A DNA stretch of 63,989 bases, filler included, from Candidatus Babelota bacterium (GTDB lineage: Bacteria > JAGOBX01): the NCBI GenBank assembly GCA_017999075.1. It is 9 parts of 9 records of this genome, joined end to end, with 100 filler letters (N's around TTAATTAATTAA, not from the genome) between each part and the next. Parts side by side here need not be neighbours in the genome. Positions count along the whole stretch, not along the records: positions 58,299 to 63,989 come from JAGOBX010000263.1; 8 more parts are not named here. The stretch is one strand, 5' to 3'. Both the position numbers and the translations under genes were made by a program. This document shows positions 60,398 to 63,989 of the stretch, in pieces; the stretch's first letter is position 1, and each line of letters opens with the position of its first letter. The notes below the pieces were generated by a model. That model did not search any database and was not told the origin of the DNA. It saw nothing but the letters and a program-made list of their open reading frames with translations.

Positions 60398-60928
60398 ATG
60401 GCTGAATTAAAAGGTTCAAAAACAGAAAAAAACTTGCAGGCTGCATTTGCAGGAGAATCACAGGCGCGGAATAAATATACTTATTTCGCAAAAGTTGCCA
60501 GAAAAGAAGGTTATCATTACATCGCAGATATTTTTGAAGAAACTGCTATGAATGAAATGCAGCATGCCAAAGACGAATTCAAACTATTTCATGGAATAGG
60601 AAATACTGCAGAAAATCTTCAGGAAGCTGTTAATGGTGAAAATTACGAAGTTGTTTCAATGTATCCTGAATTCGCTAAAATCGCTGCCGAAGAAGGGTTC
60701 AAAGATGCGGAACTTTTGTTCAATCAGATTGCCAAAGTTGAGGCAAAACACAGAGACCGCTATCAAAAATTACTCGATAAAGTTAAAAGCGGCACTGTTT
60801 TCAAAAGTGAAAAACCAATTCAATGGAAATGCAGTAAATGCGGGTATATAGTTGAAATCAAAGATGCTCCTGAAAAATGTCCGTGCTGTAAACATCCTAA
60901 AGAATATTTTGGTCCGGTTTCTTTATAA
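60398..60928 (+). CDS. rbr: Rubrerythrin
   Basis: AFAGESQARNKY, EMQHAK, GENYE, EAKHRDR and rubredoxin-like WKCSKCGY...CPCCKHP. Confidence 0.95.
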   Translation: MAELKGSKTEKNLQAAFAGESQARNKYTYFAKVARKEGYHYIADIFEETAMNEMQHAKDEFKLFHGIGNTAENLQEAVNGENYEVVSMYPEFAKIAAEEGFKDAELLFNQIAKVEAKHRDRYQKLLDKVKSGTVFKSEKPIQWKCSKCGYIVEIKDAPEKCPCCKHPKEYFGPVSL

Positions 60929-61012
60929 ATAATTTTTAGATTTTAATACTATTATTGTTTATATTATATTATATTATATTTATTATTGAAAATCCATCAT
61001 TGAAAATGCCTA

Positions 61013-61041
61013 TTGCATTTTATGGAATTATATTATAAAAT
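61013..61041 (+). promoter_or_regulatory. Putative promoter of the BMC-cinA genes
   Basis: TTGCAT (61013-18), 17 bp, TAAAAT (61036-41); preceded by ATTGAAAAT direct repeats. Confidence 0.4.
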
Positions 61042-61099
61042 TAAGACAAAAATACTAAATATTAATTTCAATATTTAATTCATTAATCGGGGGACTGAA

Positions 61100-61984
61100 A
61101 TGAAACAAACCTCTTTAGGTTTTGTTGAAGGCCGGGGCTTTGCCGGAGTGCTCAAAGCTACAGATCAAATGCCTAAAACTTCTGAAGTAGATTTTTTTTC
61201 ATACGCCAATATAAGTGGTAGTTTTAATACTATAATATATGAAGGAGAGGTCGGAGCAGTACGCGCTGCAGTTGAAGAAGCAGCTCAATTTGTAAATGAA
61301 GTAGGAACATTGCATACTGTTAATGTTATTCCGGCTCCTCATACTAAAATATATGATTTTATAAAAAATAATAAAGAACAGACAATTAATAATGGCGAAC
61401 TCGGAATAGCTTTAGGCATGGTTGAGACCAAAGGGTTTGTTCCTATGATAGAAGCTGCTGACAACGGCATAAAATCTGCAAAAGTCGAACTTGCAAACTG
61501 GCTAACTATAGGTGGGGGATACACAACTGTTTTTTTTAGAGGAGACGTGGCTGCAGTTTCTGAAGCTGTAGAATCAGCAAAAAAAACAGCTTCAAAAATA
61601 GGAGAAATTTTCAGTTCTCATGTTATTCCTTCTCCTCATTTGCTTACTAACGCAATAATGCCCATAGGAAAACTGCAAAACCAAAAGCTTGATATAAACC
61701 CTATTATAAAAAATAAAGGAGTTGGCGAAGCTATTGGAATTATAGAAACTCAAGGTTTTATTCAACTTGTTGAAGCGGTAGATGCAGGTCTTAAATCAGC
61801 CTCAGTCATTTCTACAGGATGGTATAAAGTAGGATCTGCTATGGTTTCAACTATATTCAGAGGGGATGTTGCAGCAGTTAAAACTGCTGTGTCTGCCGGG
61901 AAAACAGCAGCTCAAAAATTAGGAAAAGTATTAAGCTCGTATGTAATTCCCAGACCTCATTCTTCTGTCGAAAAAATTATTTAA
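61100..61984 (+). CDS. Bacterial microcompartment shell protein with three tandem BMC domains
   Basis: Three complete PduA/EutM-like units, each with (A/S)(L/I)GxxExxG, DxxxK, GxVxAV and VIPxPH, at aa ~4-88, ~103-188 and ~210-294. Confidence 0.9.
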   Translation: MKQTSLGFVEGRGFAGVLKATDQMPKTSEVDFFSYANISGSFNTIIYEGEVGAVRAAVEEAAQFVNEVGTLHTVNVIPAPHTKIYDFIKNNKEQTINNGELGIALGMVETKGFVPMIEAADNGIKSAKVELANWLTIGGGYTTVFFRGDVAAVSEAVESAKKTASKIGEIFSSHVIPSPHLLTNAIMPIGKLQNQKLDINPIIKNKGVGEAIGIIETQGFIQLVEAVDAGLKSASVISTGWYKVGSAMVSTIFRGDVAAVKTAVSAGKTAAQKLGKVLSSYVIPRPHSSVEKII

Positions 61985-62009
61985 GCTAAGATATATTTAA
62001 AATGAATGA

Positions 62010-63290
62010 ATGAATGCTGAAATAATTGCTGTAGGTTCCGAAATATTATTAGGAAATATTGTTAATACAAATGCCCAGTATTTATCGGCTCGGCTGGCAG
62101 ATTTGGGGATTTTTGTTTACAGGCATACAGTTATCGGGGACAACAGCCTAAGACTAAAAGAATCATTGGAATACGCTTATAAACAAAATGATCTGATAAT
62201 CACTACCGGAGGTTTAGGCCCTACTAAAGATGATTTGACAAAAGAAACAGTTTCAGAATATTTTGGAAAAAAATTATTATTCAATGAAAAATCATTCAAT
62301 TCTATAAAATCATATTTCAATAAAATAGGAATTGAGGTAAGTGAAACCAATAAAAAACAGGCATATTTTCCGGAAGATTCAATAATTCTGGAAAATAATT
62401 TTGGAACTGCCCCAGGATGTATAATAGAAAAAAACGGAAAATATTTAATTATGCTTCCTGGTCCTCCTAATGAAATGAAGCCCATGTTTGAAAATCTCGG
62501 AATTTCTTATCTGTCAAAATTTATAAACGGAGTTCTTGAATCAAAAACTTTGCGTTTAACAGGCATAGGCGAAGGGAATATGGCAGAACAAATTTCAGAT
62601 TTACTTGATTTAAAAAATCCTACTGTAGCTCCGTATGCAAATATGTCAGACGTAGTAATACGGTTAACAGCGTATGCTGAAAATAAAGTTAAAGCATTAA
62701 AACTTATTGAACCAGTAGAAACAGAAATAAGAAAACGCTTGGGAAATTTTATTTACGGAATTAACAATGAAACTCTTGAAGAAATCGTTGCAAAAAAATT
62801 AATTCAAAAAAAGCTGACTTTATCTATTGCAGAATCGTGTTCCGGCGGGTTATTAACAGCAAAACTCGTTAATTTTCCCGGAATATCTGCAGTATTGAAA
62901 GAATCAGTAGTATGTTATTCAAATGAATCAAAAATTAATAGACTGGGAGTAAAAAAAAATACTTTAGAAAAATTCGGAGCTGTCAGCTCTGAAACAGCGT
63001 CAGAGATGGCGCAAGGTATAGCATTATCTTCAGGTTCTGATATTGGAATGTCTATAACAGGTATAGCAGGGCCTGACGGAGGAACTCCTGAAAAACCAGT
63101 GGGTCTTGTTTATTTCGGATTATATTTTAATGCAAAAAACAATATTGGCTCAACTTCAAATATAATAAATTCTGAAGAACAAATTTTCACTGAAAAAAAA
63201 ATTTTTGCCGGAGATCGAAATAAAATAAGAAAACGCAGCGCAATATTTGCTATTGACATTTTAAGAAAAAAATTGTCATCAAAAATCTGA
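62010..63290 (+). CDS. cinA: Competence/damage-inducible protein CinA (MocF + PncC domains)
   Basis: VGSEILLG, TNAQYL, TGGLGPTKDDLT, GTAPG, LPGPPNEM, AESCSGG, GAVSSE and SITGIAGPDGG. Confidence 0.95.
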   Translation: MNAEIIAVGSEILLGNIVNTNAQYLSARLADLGIFVYRHTVIGDNSLRLKESLEYAYKQNDLIITTGGLGPTKDDLTKETVSEYFGKKLLFNEKSFNSIKSYFNKIGIEVSETNKKQAYFPEDSIILENNFGTAPGCIIEKNGKYLIMLPGPPNEMKPMFENLGISYLSKFINGVLESKTLRLTGIGEGNMAEQISDLLDLKNPTVAPYANMSDVVIRLTAYAENKVKALKLIEPVETEIRKRLGNFIYGINNETLEEIVAKKLIQKKLTLSIAESCSGGLLTAKLVNFPGISAVLKESVVCYSNESKINRLGVKKNTLEKFGAVSSETASEMAQGIALSSGSDIGMSITGIAGPDGGTPEKPVGLVYFGLYFNAKNNIGSTSNIINSEEQIFTEKKIFAGDRNKIRKRSAIFAIDILRKKLSSKI

Positions 63291-63318
63291 GAAATATTAA
63301 ATGTATTTTTGCGGAAGG

Positions 63319-63987
63319 TCAGATGCCCACGTTATAAGCGTAAAAAATCCCAATCATTACGCTTGAAAAAATATAAAAAATTATATAAAGCAATACAGCA
63401 CAAATAATTGGAGTCAAATCATAATTTCCTATTCTGAATTTAAACACCTTTTTTACAGGATTTATAAATATAAACGATAGATCATTTAATATTTTTTTCA
63501 ATAAGTTTAATGGTTCATACTTAACTTTTACAAAATTCAAGATTATTGAACAGCAAATTACAGTTATAATAATTTCAATTATTGATATGCAGTTATAAAA
63601 ACCAGTTATAATTATATTGGCAAGTCTGTGAAAATTATAATCAAAGCCAATAATAAAAACTGTAAATACATATAATAAAAAAGTGAAAATCAGGCAAATC
63701 GGATTTTCGTCATGAAAATAATCAAATATTTTTATTTTTTCTGTTATTTTCTTCACCGGAACTGTTACAGCATTAAAAAAAGAATATAATGCTACCGACA
63801 ATTTAACATTGTCTCTTATCATTAAAAAAGATAGTATTATTGTTTGAAGAAAAAATCCCAAAGCAGAAGAAAGTCCAAGATGAAATGTTTTAAAAATATC
63901 AGGAGGCAAATCAATACGTTTAACTGAATTATCAGTTTTTAAAATCAAAAAAACAAGATAATTCAATTTATCATCAATATCAGTTAT
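63319..63987 (-). CDS. Membrane protein with C-terminal YggT-like domain, 5' end beyond the window
   Basis: C-terminal FINPVKK...IGNYDLTPII YggT-like signature; the frame stays open upstream of the TTG at 63966 to the window edge (ITDIDDKLNY). Confidence 0.6.
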   Translation of the reverse strand: MTDIDDKLNYLVFLILKTDNSVKRIDLPPDIFKTFHLGLSSALGFFLQTIILSFLMIRDNVKLSVALYSFFNAVTVPVKKITEKIKIFDYFHDENPICLIFTFLLYVFTVFIIGFDYNFHRLANIIITGFYNCISIIEIIITVICCSIILNFVKVKYEPLNLLKKILNDLSFIFINPVKKVFKFRIGNYDLTPIICAVLLYIIFYIFSSVMIGIFYAYNVGI

Positions 63988-63989
63988 AT

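Noticed and set aside
1074-62485. Many 60-160-aa ORFs antisense to or nested in long genes (e.g. 22826-23254, 25975-26391, 39295-39777)
   Set aside because: They are shadow frames of well-supported genes and have no motifs or RBS
1-63989. Possible stop-codon reassignment, given the very low GC
   Set aside because: Conserved genes are full length under the standard bacterial code and TGA is used as a true stop (e.g. hyfC, icd, cinA)

Overview
This window is not one continuous locus. It is nine low-GC bacterial contigs joined by identical artificial 100-bp spacers (44 N + TTAATTAATTAA + 44 N). The complete contigs run from about 7.25 to 7.06 kb in descending length, which is typical of a length-sorted MAG concatenation, so gene adjacency means something only within a contig. 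The gene content points to an anaerobic diderm bacterium. Contig 1 holds a hyf-like membrane complex whose large subunit lacks the NiFe-binding cysteine motifs (Ehr type). Contig 2 holds an HDAC/APAH gene and a metV-metF / OM beta-barrel / HD-GYP regulator / soluble PglF string. Contig 3 holds icd, glyS, rlmB and prmC with two apparently degenerate enzymes. Contig 4 holds hydG, a ComEA-like protein, dapB, mlaD, ispE, spoVG and the 5' end of tRNA-Gln at the contig break. Contig 5 holds a GT2 / radical SAM / SGNH cluster, pgpA and fabH. Contig 6 holds the leuA 3' end, a 1772-aa secreted PPC-like repeat protein and a BtuF-like lipoprotein. Contig 7 holds a PilB/GspE-HDOD-YbjQ-propeller string, a Crp/Fnr regulator and an amidase. 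Contig 8 holds an Ig-like surface protein and an OM barrel / FecR / lipoprotein operon. Contig 9 holds thrS, rubrerythrin, a stand-alone protein with three tandem microcompartment (BMC) shell domains, cinA and a YggT-domain fusion. The triple-domain BMC shell protein and the Cys-less Ehr complex are the most striking items. I found no CRISPR arrays, rRNA genes or mobile elements. All family assignments come from motif recognition by eye, not from database searches.
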